32,000 bases of DNA from Acaryochloris marina MBIC11017 (lineage in GTDB: Bacteria > Cyanobacteriota > Cyanobacteriia > Thermosynechococcales > Thermosynechococcaceae), in assembly GCF_000018105.1 (NCBI RefSeq), contig NC_009925.1, positions 2,970,001 to 3,002,000 of the forward strand. The letters run 5' to 3'. The translations under genes and the position numbers were made by a program. Positions 16,810 to 26,586 of the stretch are shown here, in pieces. Each line of letters opens with the position of its first letter. Position 1 is the first letter of the stretch. The notes under the pieces were generated by a model that was not told where the DNA came from, searched no databases, and saw only the letters and a list, made by a program, of their open reading frames with translations.

Positions 16810-18153
16810 ATGAGAACGCCTGCTGAGGGACTCATCAACATGAACATGCGATCACCGCAACTCTGGCGCACCCTAAATCCGTTCCATCGCCTTTCCAAGC
16901 GACTGCGCTTTATGGTGCTGAGTTTGCTGGTTTGCTTGAGCGTCATCGGGGGCTATTGGGTGTGGGCTCAACAGCCCGTTCGCCTATCCATGATGCTCCA
17001 GGGTCAGGAAATTCCTAACTGGCAGCTGATTGTTGATGATTTTGAAGCCCAAAACCCCGATATCAAGATTGACCTGATTGAAGGCCCCAACGCCACCAAT
17101 CTTCGAGAAGATCTCTATACCACGTCTTTTCTGCTGGGCGATTCCCCCTACGACTTGATCTATATGGATATCGTCTGGGCCCCCAAATTCGCTGCTGCGG
17201 GATGGCTGTTAGACCTGTCTGATCGCATTTCTGATGAAGAACTCGCTGAATTTATGACCGGCGACGTGGATGGGGGACGCTATGAAGGGGGGCTGTATCG
17301 GATGCCCTTCCGCTCCGATGGCGGCATGCTCTACTATCGGCAGGATTTGCTATCTGAGGCTGGCTTTGAACCACCTGAAACCACGGCTGAACTGATCGAC
17401 ATTTCCAAAGCTCTGCAATCTCAAAACAAAGCCCAGTGGGGGTATGTCTGGCAGGGCAAGCAGTACGAAGGGGCGGCAGCCATGTTTGTGGAAATGCTGG
17501 AAGGCTTTGGTGGCTACTGGGTCAATCCTGAAACCAAAGAGGTGGGACTCGATAGTCCAGAAGCTATTGAGTCCCTGAAATTTCTGCAAACCACTGTTGC
17601 CGATAAAATTTCTCCTCCAGGAACAACTGCCACGGATGAAGAAGTGGCTCGCCTCCAGTTCCAAAGTGGCAACACAGTGTTTATGCGCAACTGGCCCTAT
17701 GCTTGGAAACTCGGCAACACCGAACCAAGCTCCAAAATCCAAGGCAAGTTTGGGATTAAGCCCATGGTCCATACCGCAGGGCTGGGGAGCGGTGCCTGCC
17801 AAGGGGGCTGGGGTGTCGGCATCTCGAAAACCACGCGTCATGCCGATGAAGCCTGGCGGGCCGTCGAATACTTTAGCAGCACAGAAGCCCAGCGTAAGTT
17901 TATTTTGGCCTCTGGGTTTGTGCCCAGCCGAAAAGCGCTATTTACCGACCCCACCCTGGTCAAGGAATATGAGTATTTACCTGACTTACAGAAGGTGATT
18001 GAGAGCTCTGTATTGCGTCCGCCCATTGCCCAATATGCTCAGGCCTCCGATATTTTACAGCGCTATCTCAGCGCAGCCTTAACAGGACGGCAAACCCCTG
18101 AGAAAGCCATGCAAGCTGCGGCCCAGGAAACCCGACAGCTATTAAAAACCTAA
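16810..18153 (+). CDS. Carbohydrate ABC transporter substrate-binding protein (family 1 SBP)
   Basis: TM/signal anchor LRFMVLSLLVCLSVIGG followed by the typical SBP_bac_1 pattern (DLIYMDIVW, GGLYRMPF, YYRQDLL, WPYAW). The start is uncertain: ATG 16810, 16840 or 16846. Confidence 0.85.
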   Translation: MRTPAEGLINMNMRSPQLWRTLNPFHRLSKRLRFMVLSLLVCLSVIGGYWVWAQQPVRLSMMLQGQEIPNWQLIVDDFEAQNPDIKIDLIEGPNATNLREDLYTTSFLLGDSPYDLIYMDIVWAPKFAAAGWLLDLSDRISDEELAEFMTGDVDGGRYEGGLYRMPFRSDGGMLYYRQDLLSEAGFEPPETTAELIDISKALQSQNKAQWGYVWQGKQYEGAAAMFVEMLEGFGGYWVNPETKEVGLDSPEAIESLKFLQTTVADKISPPGTTATDEEVARLQFQSGNTVFMRNWPYAWKLGNTEPSSKIQGKFGIKPMVHTAGLGSGACQGGWGVGISKTTRHADEAWRAVEYFSSTEAQRKFILASGFVPSRKALFTDPTLVKEYEYLPDLQKVIESSVLRPPIAQYAQASDILQRYLSAALTGRQTPEKAMQAAAQETRQLLKT

Positions 18154-18165
18154 TTACCCCAACTT

Positions 18166-20049
18166 TTACAGGGTCAAGGCAACCCGAAATCCAATATCAT
18201 TGACGCGGTTGTTGGGAGTATAGCGACTGCGATTGGCGGCGCGACAATACCGGGGTTTGTTATACCAAGATCCACCCCGAAGAACCCTGGGATCATTTTC
18301 TTTTGTAGTCATCCAGGGACTGCCGTCTACTGGAGATCCATCATAGTTTTTATGCCAGCAGTCTAAGCACCATTCATAGACATTGCCATGCATGTCATAG
18401 AGGCCAAAGTTATTGGGCGAGAACCGTCCGACAGGGGTTGTCGATTCTCGATAGACCCCTTTAGGACCATTACCATACACAAATTGCCCCTGATAGTTGG
18501 CCTGCTGAGAAGAGAGCGTCGGTCCATAGGAGAAAGGGGTCGCTGTGCCTGCCCGACAGGCATATTCCCACTCGGCTTCACTAGGTAACCGATACTCGCG
18601 ACCTGCTTTTTGCGATAGGCGGGCGCAAAACTCGATGGCTTCTCGCCATGAAATTTGCTCGACAGGATAGGTAGCTCCCTTAAATTTGGAGGGGTCGTAA
18701 TGGAGATCCTGGGACACTTTCGGCAGAGATGCAATGGCCCGCCACTGCAGTTGGGTAATCACAAACTTACCCATAAAAAACGGGGCAATCTTGACGGAAT
18801 GGTAAGGGCCTTCATTGGTATCCCGATTCAGTTCATGGCTGGGGGAGCCCATCATAAACTGTCCTCCAGGAATCGCCACCATTTCTAACTTGACGCCATT
18901 GCCCAAACTTTCTTGAAAGAACTCGGCATTTTGCTGCCGACGCTGGGCCACTTCGCCTTTACTGTTAACGGTCACCACCTCAAACTGAAACGTTTTCAGC
19001 AACGGATGTTCGGCAGTGAGAATCGTTTGGGGCGGAATGGGGACGGGTTTAGGAGTGGGAACAGGTTTGTTATGGGGCTGGCTGGTCACCAGCTTAGTGG
19101 GGGCGATCGAAAGCTGGGAGACGGTTTTGGCAGGCGTTGGCGTTGACAATTGGACCACATGCTGAGCTTGCAAGTCTGCGAGAACAGCAGCAGCAGAGCC
19201 ATAGCGCTGGCGCAAATCGTTTTGCAGGAGTTTATCCAGAATCGTCCGAAATCTCGAACTCAAAGGAATCTGAACATACTGCTGCCACTGACTGATCCAG
19301 CTATAGCCGTACTGCAAAAAGAAGGTATAGGGGACCTTGTTCGTCATTAACTGAAAGCAAGACACTCCCAGACTAAAGAGATCGCTCGCGGGGATAGACT
19401 TGCCTTCCTGCATTTGTTCTAAGGCAGCATACCCCTGGGATCCTAAAGTCGTGCCCGTTTTCATCAGCATCGACTCTGTAAAGCGTCGGGACACCCCAAA
19501 ATCAATCAAGACCAGTTTGCCGCCATCATCTCGTCGCATGATGTTTTCGGGCTTCAAATCCCGGTGAATCACCCCCTGAACATGAATATCTCGCAAGACG
19601 GGCAGAATATTCAGGAGTAATTCACGAATTTTAGGCTCGCCAAATACGCCCGTGGTTTGAAGTTCTTTGAGGAGGGTATGGCCTTTGACAAATTCTTGGG
19701 CCAGGTAGAGATTGGCTCCTTCGGTAAAGTAGGCATATAACGTCGGAATCTGAGGATTTTGGCCCAGTTGCTGAAGTTGTTGGGCTTCTTGGGCAAATAG
19801 CTCTTCTGCTCGCTGAATGGCCCAGGTTCCCTGGGACTGATAGGCCAGCTGCTTTACCACACAGCGTTGATGGTGGTTATGGGTATCTTCTGCGAGGTAG
19901 ATTTTGCCAAATCCGCCCCGGTCCAAGGGGTTCAGGATCTTAAATCGATCGCTTAATAACGGAACTAAGCGCAGACCACATTGCTGACAATGCTTGTGAT
20001 TGTCAGGGTTTAGGGGCTTTTCACAATCTGGATTCAGGCAGCAGAGCAT
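18166..20049 (-). CDS. Zn-ribbon + Ser/Thr protein kinase + C-terminal FGE-sulfatase (SUMF1/C-type-lectin fold) domain fusion
   Basis: N-terminal CLNPDCEKPL...HCQQCG. Kinase motifs GGFGKIY, VVK, HRDLKPENIM, DFG. The C-terminal part has MVAIPGGQFMMGSP ... YRLPSEAEWEYACRAG ... GLYDMHGNVYEWC ... LRGGSW ... GFRVA, typical of PF03781-like domains. Confidence 0.9.
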   Translation of the reverse strand: MLCCLNPDCEKPLNPDNHKHCQQCGLRLVPLLSDRFKILNPLDRGGFGKIYLAEDTHNHHQRCVVKQLAYQSQGTWAIQRAEELFAQEAQQLQQLGQNPQIPTLYAYFTEGANLYLAQEFVKGHTLLKELQTTGVFGEPKIRELLLNILPVLRDIHVQGVIHRDLKPENIMRRDDGGKLVLIDFGVSRRFTESMLMKTGTTLGSQGYAALEQMQEGKSIPASDLFSLGVSCFQLMTNKVPYTFFLQYGYSWISQWQQYVQIPLSSRFRTILDKLLQNDLRQRYGSAAAVLADLQAQHVVQLSTPTPAKTVSQLSIAPTKLVTSQPHNKPVPTPKPVPIPPQTILTAEHPLLKTFQFEVVTVNSKGEVAQRRQQNAEFFQESLGNGVKLEMVAIPGGQFMMGSPSHELNRDTNEGPYHSVKIAPFFMGKFVITQLQWRAIASLPKVSQDLHYDPSKFKGATYPVEQISWREAIEFCARLSQKAGREYRLPSEAEWEYACRAGTATPFSYGPTLSSQQANYQGQFVYGNGPKGVYRESTTPVGRFSPNNFGLYDMHGNVYEWCLDCWHKNYDGSPVDGSPWMTTKENDPRVLRGGSWYNKPRYCRAANRSRYTPNNRVNDIGFRVALTL

Positions 20050-20260
20050 TGTGGGATCAGTGAGGAGGGAGAAAAATCTTTCTCTAGCCCACTTTAGCCT
20101 TGAATCATAAAAATTGAGAGGAGGATCTTAATGTTTTTTATCTGACGACAAAAACAAAGGCCAAGGCCAGATAACGGAGGCAGGTAATGCTGACTCGCAG
20201 TGGGTGGGACATTGTCTACTATTCTAGAGGGAAGTCTGACCCACTCATTTAGTGCCGAGT

Positions 20261-21178
20261 ATGCCTATGTCCAACCTCAAAACGGTTCGAGATCGGGAGA
20301 AATTGACGGGTTGGTTACTGATTACCCCCGCTTTGCTCCTCTTACTGCTGGTCTTTGCCTATCCCATTGGTCGGGCCATTTGGTTGAGTTTGTTTACCAA
20401 AAACTTAGGCACCAACTTACAGCCTGTTTTCACGGGCATCGGCAACTATAGCCGCATGATGGGCGACGGACGATTTTGGCAAAGTATTGGCAATACCACG
20501 ATTTTTACTGCGATCGCAGTTAGTATCGAACTGATCCTGGGCATGGGCGTGGCCCTAGTTCTTAACCAAAGCTTTCGCGGTCGGGGACTCGCCAGGACCA
20601 TTGCCATTTTGCCCTGGGCCTTACCCACTGCCCTCATTGGCTTGACCTGGACCTGGATTTTTAACGACCAGTACGGGGTATTGAACGATATCCTGCTGCG
20701 GCTGCACTTGATCCCAGAAGCCATTAACTGGTTAGGGGATCCAACCCTGGCCTTGTTTGCCACCATCGCCGCTGATATTTGGAAAACCACCTCTTTCGTC
20801 GCTATCTTGCTACTGGCGGGATTGCAGTCCATCTCAGAAGATCTGTACGAAGCCCATGCCATTGATGGGGCAACGCCCTGGCAGAGCTTTCGTCAAATCA
20901 CCTTACCCCTGTTGATGCCGCAAATCTTAATTGCCGTCTTATTTCGCTTTGCTCAATCCTTTGGTGTCTTTGACCTGATTAAGGTGATGACCGAAGGGGG
21001 ACCTGCTGGGGCGACGGAAATGGTGTCGATTTATATCTATGCCACAGTCATGCGCTACCTCGACTTTGGCTATGGCGCTGCGTTGGTGGTCGTCACCTTT
21101 TTAGTCTTAATTGTCGCCGTTGCCATCTCAACCTTTATCCTCTCCAAACTCCGCACCAATATCTCGGGAGCCCAGTAA
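20261..21178 (+). CDS. Carbohydrate ABC transporter permease (MalF/UgpA-like)
   Basis: 6-TM pattern with an EAA-type loop (EAHAIDGATPWQSFRQITLPLL). The start is ATG 20261, GTG 20252 or ATG 20267. Confidence 0.88.
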   Translation: MPMSNLKTVRDREKLTGWLLITPALLLLLLVFAYPIGRAIWLSLFTKNLGTNLQPVFTGIGNYSRMMGDGRFWQSIGNTTIFTAIAVSIELILGMGVALVLNQSFRGRGLARTIAILPWALPTALIGLTWTWIFNDQYGVLNDILLRLHLIPEAINWLGDPTLALFATIAADIWKTTSFVAILLLAGLQSISEDLYEAHAIDGATPWQSFRQITLPLLMPQILIAVLFRFAQSFGVFDLIKVMTEGGPAGATEMVSIYIYATVMRYLDFGYGAALVVVTFLVLIVAVAISTFILSKLRTNISGAQ

Positions 21179-21181
21179 ACC

Positions 21182-22039
21182 ATGACCACCGACTCACCGT
21201 CCAAGCCCTCCGGGTCTCTCAAAGGGCTGCTGTTAACCAGCTCAGTTATTCTGGTGGTTTTGTTCAGTTTGGCCCCAGTGCTGTGGCAGCTTTTAACCTC
21301 TTTAAAGGTCAACGAAGATATTTCCCAAGTTCCGAATATCTACATTCCCGTGCGATATACCCTGGAGCACTATACCGAACTGCTCAGTCGCCGCCCCTTT
21401 GCCAGCTATCTCTTCAACAGCAGTTTAGTGGCGATCACCTCAACCCTGTTATGTTTAGGCATTGGCTCTCCCGCTGCTTATGCCTTAGCCCGACTGCGAC
21501 TGCCAGGAGAGCAGATTATCCTCTCCGCCGTATTAATTGTCACCTTATTTCCCTACATTTTGCTATTTCTCGGGCTCTTAGAAATTGTTCAAGTCTTACA
21601 CTTGGCGAATAACTATTTAGCTCTGATTATTCCGTATACCGCCATCAATTTGCCTTTAACTATTCTAGTCATGCGCAGCTTCTTTCAACAGTTACCTAGA
21701 GACTTAGAGGATGCTGCCAAAGTCGATGGTTACAACACGGTGCAAATGCTCTGGCAAATCGTCTTACCCACCACATTACCAGCCCTCGTAACGACTGGCA
21801 TTCTGGCCTTTATTTTTGCCTGGAATGAGTTCATATTTGCTCTCACCTTTATTACCCGAGAAAGCATGAAAACCATTCCTGTGGCAGCGGCTCAAATTGG
21901 CGGATCATCCATCTTTGAGATTCCCTATGGCCCGATTGCTGCCGCTACAGTGCTAGGTACGATTCCCCTGGTATTGCTGGTTCTATTTTTCCAACGCAAG
22001 ATTATTCAAGGACTCACCGCTGGAGCCGTCAAAGGGTAA
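21182..22039 (+). CDS. Carbohydrate ABC transporter permease (MalG/UgpE-like)
   Basis: EAA loop DAAKVDGYNTVQMLWQIVLPTTLP. Starts 3 nt after the preceding permease. Confidence 0.88.
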   Translation: MTTDSPSKPSGSLKGLLLTSSVILVVLFSLAPVLWQLLTSLKVNEDISQVPNIYIPVRYTLEHYTELLSRRPFASYLFNSSLVAITSTLLCLGIGSPAAYALARLRLPGEQIILSAVLIVTLFPYILLFLGLLEIVQVLHLANNYLALIIPYTAINLPLTILVMRSFFQQLPRDLEDAAKVDGYNTVQMLWQIVLPTTLPALVTTGILAFIFAWNEFIFALTFITRESMKTIPVAAAQIGGSSIFEIPYGPIAAATVLGTIPLVLLVLFFQRKIIQGLTAGAVKG

Positions 22040-22203
22040 TAATCTCACTCAATTCACACCCCATCATGACGGCTATCTTTTTTCATTAAGCATAAAAAAA
22101 TTGGAGAAAACTTATTTTTTAAATACTACGAAAAAAAGGAGTAGTCCCAGGCGACCGCTATCTGATTTAATGCAAGAACTGAGGACTTTTTCGGGTGTAA
22201 GTT

Positions 22204-22953
22204 ATGCGGTTTCGATTCTCCAATACGCTTCTAGTGATCGTTATGTTCGTCAGCGTGGTGACCTGGAATGCCATGCAGCCTGCGGCATGGTCTCAAGCAT
22301 TGACGGACTCTCCAGATAGCAATCTGATTGCCCAGGCTGATGAAGGCTTTACAGTGCCTCCCCTTCCCTATAGCTACTTTGCCCTGGAAAAATACATCGA
22401 TACCAAAACCATGAAAATCCATCATGATAAGCATCATGCTGGGTATGTCAATAATTTGAATGCTGCCATCGCCAAGCACCCCAACTTAGCGGGTAAATCC
22501 GTTGAAGATCTCCTAACAGATCTGAATGCCGTGCCCGAGGATATTCGCACCGCAGTTCGCAACAATGGGGGCGGCCATGCGAATCACACCTTATTTTGGG
22601 ACAGCATGACCCCGAATGCCGAAGGCAAACCGAAGGGCAAACTCGCCGACGCGATTGAGGAAAGCTTTGGCAGTTTTGTGGCCTTCCAATCCGAATTCAA
22701 AAAAGCGGGTTTAACGCGATTCGGGAGCGGTTGGGCTTGGTTAGTGCTGACGAAAGATGGCAAGCTAGCCGTTACCAGTACCCCCAACCAAGATAGCCCT
22801 CTTCTAGACGGCAATATTCCGCTACTGGGCAATGACGTCTGGGAACATGCCTACTATCTGAAATATCAAAATCGCCGCGGTGACTATCTAGACGCTTGGT
22901 GGAATGTCGTGAATTGGGCAGAAGTGGAATCCCGCTATGAGAAAGCAACCTAA
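22204..22953 (+). CDS. sodA: Membrane-anchored/exported manganese superoxide dismutase
   Basis: [17 protein letters not shown] (Mn-type rather than the Fe-type AQ.WNH.FFW) and [15 protein letters not shown]. The N-terminal hydrophobic segment is [13 protein letters not shown] plus a linker, as in membrane-bound cyanobacterial MnSODs. Confidence 0.9.
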   Translation: MRFRFSNTLLVIVMFVSVVTWNAMQPAAWSQALTDSPDSNLIAQADEGFTVPPLPYSYFALEKYIDTKTMKIHHDKHHAGYVNNLNAAIAKHPNLAGKSVEDLLTDLNAVPEDIRTAVRNNGGGHANHTLFWDSMTPNAEGKPKGKLADAIEESFGSFVAFQSEFKKAGLTRFGSGWAWLVLTKDGKLAVTSTPNQDSPLLDGNIPLLGNDVWEHAYYLKYQNRRGDYLDAWWNVVNWAEVESRYEKAT

Positions 22954-22969
22954 CCGGTCGTTGGGCGAT

Positions 22970-23353
22970 TTAATTCATTGAGGTCCGTCGAAAAATAAAT
23001 ATGTCAAATTTTGCAGTCTTGCTGATGGCATTCGAGAAAAAAGTCGACCGGACCCCTGGCTGGGGCTGATGGCGATATCTGACTTTAGCGATCACACAAG
23101 CCGCATCTTGGGTATGGAAAACCTGCAGTCCTTCTGTCGATAACTTGACGATGGTGACCGTTGCGACAAAGTGGCGCACCTGCTGTAGATGATGGTCTAA
23201 ATCTGTTGAATCACAGCCTGTCTGGTTATCGAAATAGATAATTGCGCCGTCATCTACATACAGCTCCCGCAGTGATTCCAAGTTGCGATCGCAAAAGCAC
23301 TGGTTATACCGCTATAGGAACCACTCACATTCTTCTAGGTTGGCACATGTCAT
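22970..23353 (-). pseudogene. NTF2/SnoaL-like small protein with an in-frame TAG
   Basis: Minus-strand translation from ATG 23353 gives MTCANLEECEWFL*RYNQCFCDRNLESLRELYVDDGAIIYFDN... in a single frame. TAG at 23314-23312 interrupts it. The track ORF only begins at a TTG downstream of the stop. Confidence 0.55.
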
Positions 23354-23436
23354 ATGTCCGGGTTACGAGATCGCACGTCTCACTCTATTGCACATGCACT
23401 AGATAAGCCATTCAAACGACTCATAGAGAGGCGACA

Positions 23437-25176
23437 ATGACTCAACTCACTCAGTGTGACCGTTTTCAAGACTATGACGTCATTGTAGTGGGTTCAGGGA
23501 ATGGCGCTTGTGCATTCCTGAGGCAATATCTTGCAGCTTCCACCAACCAAAAAATTTTGGTACTGGAGGAGGGAGACAATTTCTTTGAAACCAGCGATAT
23601 AACCCATCAGCGAAACTGGACTCAGTCTTATGCTGAGGAGAATATCTTTAAACTCCACAATGCTCATACCCCTAATAACCTGCCCATCCTGTCGGGGAGA
23701 GCCTGCACGATGGGGGGTGGTGGTTCGATCAATTACACCATGATCTTTGAGTCTTCGGCATGGTTAGCACAACATCTCGGCCACGATCTAGCTTATTGGG
23801 ATGACCGTAAAGCAGAGCTCGCAGCCGCTTTTCATAGAGATAATCCGGCCCACACTCTTACTCAAGTCGCTCAACATGTCAAAAAAGAATTAAAAAACCA
23901 CAAATTCACTGTCAATGAAGAAAATACTGGCTATATTCCCGTCTATACCGACGGGAAATTGCGTCAGATTCACATTTTTCCAACACAGTTCAATGAGTTT
24001 GGTCAGAGAACCGCAAGTGGCGTGTCATTATTGAGCTGGTACGAGAATGATCGCCTGGACTTTATGACCCGGCATCGAGTACTGAAGCTTCACATCACTG
24101 AAGATGAAGGAGCGTTACAACGCTGTCACGCCATCACAGTCTTAGATTTAGAGAGGGAGCAAACACATACCTACACCCTAGGCAAACGGACCAAACTTAT
24201 TCTCTGTGCTGGTGCAGCAACACCTCAGTTACTTTACGAACATCGGACTCAGCTTCAGAATCTGGAAATTGGCAAACATGTGAACGATCATATTCTGCTG
24301 CCCTTGGGTATTTATTTACTCAATGACAACTTGCAACCGACCCTGAAGGATCAGTACATCTCACTCTTTGCAACAACAGAAATCAGACCTGATGTAGACA
24401 GTACAGAAGAGGCAACAGTATGTAATTTTGATTTCTTTTCAGGGAAGTTAGATGTGCTGCTGTATTTGATCTCCCACTTATTTCTGGCCTTTTGGGTACC
24501 CAATGGCATCAAACGCTGGATGATTCAGAGTCCTACAGTGTTTAGATTTCTCAAGCGAATCAGCCGATTACTAGTTAGCATCTTGAACGCTATTGATGAT
24601 TTACTGTGGTCCGTTGTGCATCCTGACCAAATAGGCAAGCATGAATGGAACTTGATCTCTGCAATCGTAAAGTTCAACATTGCCCGGGAAGGGTACTACA
24701 CCCCCTCTACTAGCCCACTGTTGTCTACCCAGACCCATCATTCATCCTATGACATCATTCTTCGATGTTTTGAAGAGAGTAACCCAGAAAAAGATCGAGA
24801 TTTTCAAGTTGCAGAGCAAGCGATTAAAAATCAACTCGGCCTAATGGGAGCATTGGGGACTCCACCACACCGGATTTTTCAATGTCTGATCCGGTTATTG
24901 ACGCGTATGCCTTACAACCAAGACCAGGTCGAGAAATATATTCGCCATTACAGTCGCAATGATCTACTAACAGAGCAGCATTTATCAGGAGGCTGTATTT
25001 TCGGCAAGGCTATTGATATGGGACTCGAATCCCCCCAAGAGACAGGCAAAGTCTTGGGAAGCCAGAATATCTATGTGGCCGATCTATCTGCCGCACCTCT
25101 GCCACGAGTCAGTCCACAAATGACGGCTTATTTAATCGGGCATCATGTGGCGACCCAGCTTTGCCAAGAGTCTTAG
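23437..25176 (+). CDS. GMC-family-like FAD oxidoreductase (divergent)
   Basis: N-terminal YDVIVVGSGNGACAF (GxGxxG), MGGGGSINYTMIF, and C-terminal HLSGGCIFGKAID ... NIYVADLSAAPLPRVSPQMTAYLIGHHVA match GMC N- and C-terminal signatures. The middle has an unusually hydrophobic stretch (LLYLISHLFLAFWVP...). Confidence 0.65.
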   Translation: MTQLTQCDRFQDYDVIVVGSGNGACAFLRQYLAASTNQKILVLEEGDNFFETSDITHQRNWTQSYAEENIFKLHNAHTPNNLPILSGRACTMGGGGSINYTMIFESSAWLAQHLGHDLAYWDDRKAELAAAFHRDNPAHTLTQVAQHVKKELKNHKFTVNEENTGYIPVYTDGKLRQIHIFPTQFNEFGQRTASGVSLLSWYENDRLDFMTRHRVLKLHITEDEGALQRCHAITVLDLEREQTHTYTLGKRTKLILCAGAATPQLLYEHRTQLQNLEIGKHVNDHILLPLGIYLLNDNLQPTLKDQYISLFATTEIRPDVDSTEEATVCNFDFFSGKLDVLLYLISHLFLAFWVPNGIKRWMIQSPTVFRFLKRISRLLVSILNAIDDLLWSVVHPDQIGKHEWNLISAIVKFNIAREGYYTPSTSPLLSTQTHHSSYDIILRCFEESNPEKDRDFQVAEQAIKNQLGLMGALGTPPHRIFQCLIRLLTRMPYNQDQVEKYIRHYSRNDLLTEQHLSGGCIFGKAIDMGLESPQETGKVLGSQNIYVADLSAAPLPRVSPQMTAYLIGHHVATQLCQES

Positions 25177-25181
25177 GAGCG

Positions 25182-25637
25182 TCAAGACGCTTTAGCCATC
25201 ATTTGATTGAAGATTGCGATCGCATCCTGAGGCAGCACTTCCTTCACTTGGGTAGCCAGGGTCCAGGCATAGCCAAAGGGATCAGCGACAGTGGCTGTGC
25301 GATCGCCCCAAAACATATCCTCTGGCTCACTCACACTGGTTAGCCCAGCGTCTATCGCTTTCTGATAGCTAGCATCTACATCGGGTAAGTAAAGGTAAAA
25401 AGCCACAGGTGACTTAGGACCGGGAGCTTGTCGGGGTGAACCTTCAAATTCATCACTCATAAACAAATGGGAATCCCCAATCGTTGCGGATACATGCATC
25501 ACTGTGCCATCTGGCGTTTCAAGCAAAGTATCCACAGCTAACCCAAAGGCCTGTTCATACAGTTCAATGGCTGCTTTGGTATCGCGATACGTCGCATTAG
25601 ACGTCATGGTATGAAAACCAGCAGGTTTGTAATCCAT
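25182..25637 (-). CDS. VOC-superfamily (glyoxalase/PhnB-like) protein
   Basis: The pattern ...AIELYEQAFG...HVSATIGDSHLFMSDEF...MFWGDRTATVADPFGYAWTLA is typical of PhnB-like VOC proteins. Confidence 0.7.
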   Translation of the reverse strand: MDYKPAGFHTMTSNATYRDTKAAIELYEQAFGLAVDTLLETPDGTVMHVSATIGDSHLFMSDEFEGSPRQAPGPKSPVAFYLYLPDVDASYQKAIDAGLTSVSEPEDMFWGDRTATVADPFGYAWTLATQVKEVLPQDAIAIFNQMMAKAS

Positions 25638-25659
25638 CGGAAAGTTCTCCAGTTGTGAC

Positions 25660-25682
25660 GTACATTTTTAGTACAAATGTAC
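25660..25682. promoter_or_regulatory. Inverted repeat GTACATTT-N7-AAATGTAC upstream of the VOC gene (candidate operator)
   Basis: Read directly from the sequence. It lies 23-45 nt upstream of the VOC start codon, in the divergent intergenic region. Confidence 0.3.
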
Positions 25683-25861
25683 TTTTATGTTATCAGGTCT
25701 GATGCCCAGTGCATGTCGCCTACACAACAATCCAAAAGCCATGAGAGGACAAGCCTACTGCGTGACCTGCAGCACTGCTCGGGTCAGATGATCAAGATAA
25801 GGTCTTCGGGAGCAGTTATACATGCACATCCTGACTAACAGTAATCTTTGGTGGTCCAGCC

Positions 25862-26569
25862 ATGACAGTCACTGCACCCCAATCAAACCGCCCCAAAGCC
25901 GCCAAGCAACTTCGACGATCTGCAATATTGACCTGTTTGAGTCTGGTGGCCTTAGCAGTGTTTGTAGCATCTCGGCTGTTCAGCTTGTTTCCTATCACTG
26001 CAGCTATTGTGCCGTTTACGCTGCTGGTTGTAGGAAGTCTGAGCTATATCAATGCAAGGGTGCTCAAGTGCCACCGCTTTTACTGGTATGGCGCTGCCAA
26101 CCTTCTGTTTACAGGATTCAAATATTTTATTTTGGGACTGTTGGTCTGGAGTTGGGGGCAAGAGCCTTTCAATGACTATGCGGTATGGGGCCATGCCATC
26201 TGGTTCTTTCTGGGTTTTGAAGGGTTGAATGGTTGTGTGTTGTGGTGGTACATCACCCAACCGACTCCTTTCAAGATGAACCGACTGATGTCGTTACTGA
26301 CGACCGTCCTTGGCGGTTGTGCTTTGATTGCAGTCACGGTTTCAGGGCTGATCAATGAGCCGAGGCACGTAGAACTTCGCTATTCTGGGTACGATAAATC
26401 CCTAGCCCAGCAGGTTGAGGTTTTCCATATAGACTACGGTGGGTCATTCAGCTCCCGTGGAGGAATTCATTGCAAGGAATTAGTGGTACAACCATTCGGC
26501 ATCTTTACCCATAAGACACCCTTAAAGCTTTCTTCTATCCGCTATCGTAAGCATTGTGCTGCTTTATAG
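25862..26569 (+). CDS. Hypothetical integral membrane protein (about 5 TM) with a small soluble C-terminal domain
   Basis: 235-aa ORF with several hydrophobic helices. No motif recognised. Confidence 0.55.
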   Translation: MTVTAPQSNRPKAAKQLRRSAILTCLSLVALAVFVASRLFSLFPITAAIVPFTLLVVGSLSYINARVLKCHRFYWYGAANLLFTGFKYFILGLLVWSWGQEPFNDYAVWGHAIWFFLGFEGLNGCVLWWYITQPTPFKMNRLMSLLTTVLGGCALIAVTVSGLINEPRHVELRYSGYDKSLAQQVEVFHIDYGGSFSSRGGIHCKELVVQPFGIFTHKTPLKLSSIRYRKHCAAL

Positions 26570-26586
26570 ATGATGAACCACCGATC

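Noticed and set aside
22101-22319. 72-aa ORF upstream of and overlapping the sodA start
   Set aside because: It starts in an AT-rich promoter-like region and overlaps the sodA signal-anchor coding region in another frame. No motifs.
25660-25674. Possible NtcA site (GTA-N8-TAC)
   Set aside because: The spacer in GTACATTTTTAGTAC is 9 nt, not the canonical 8. I kept it only as a generic palindrome.
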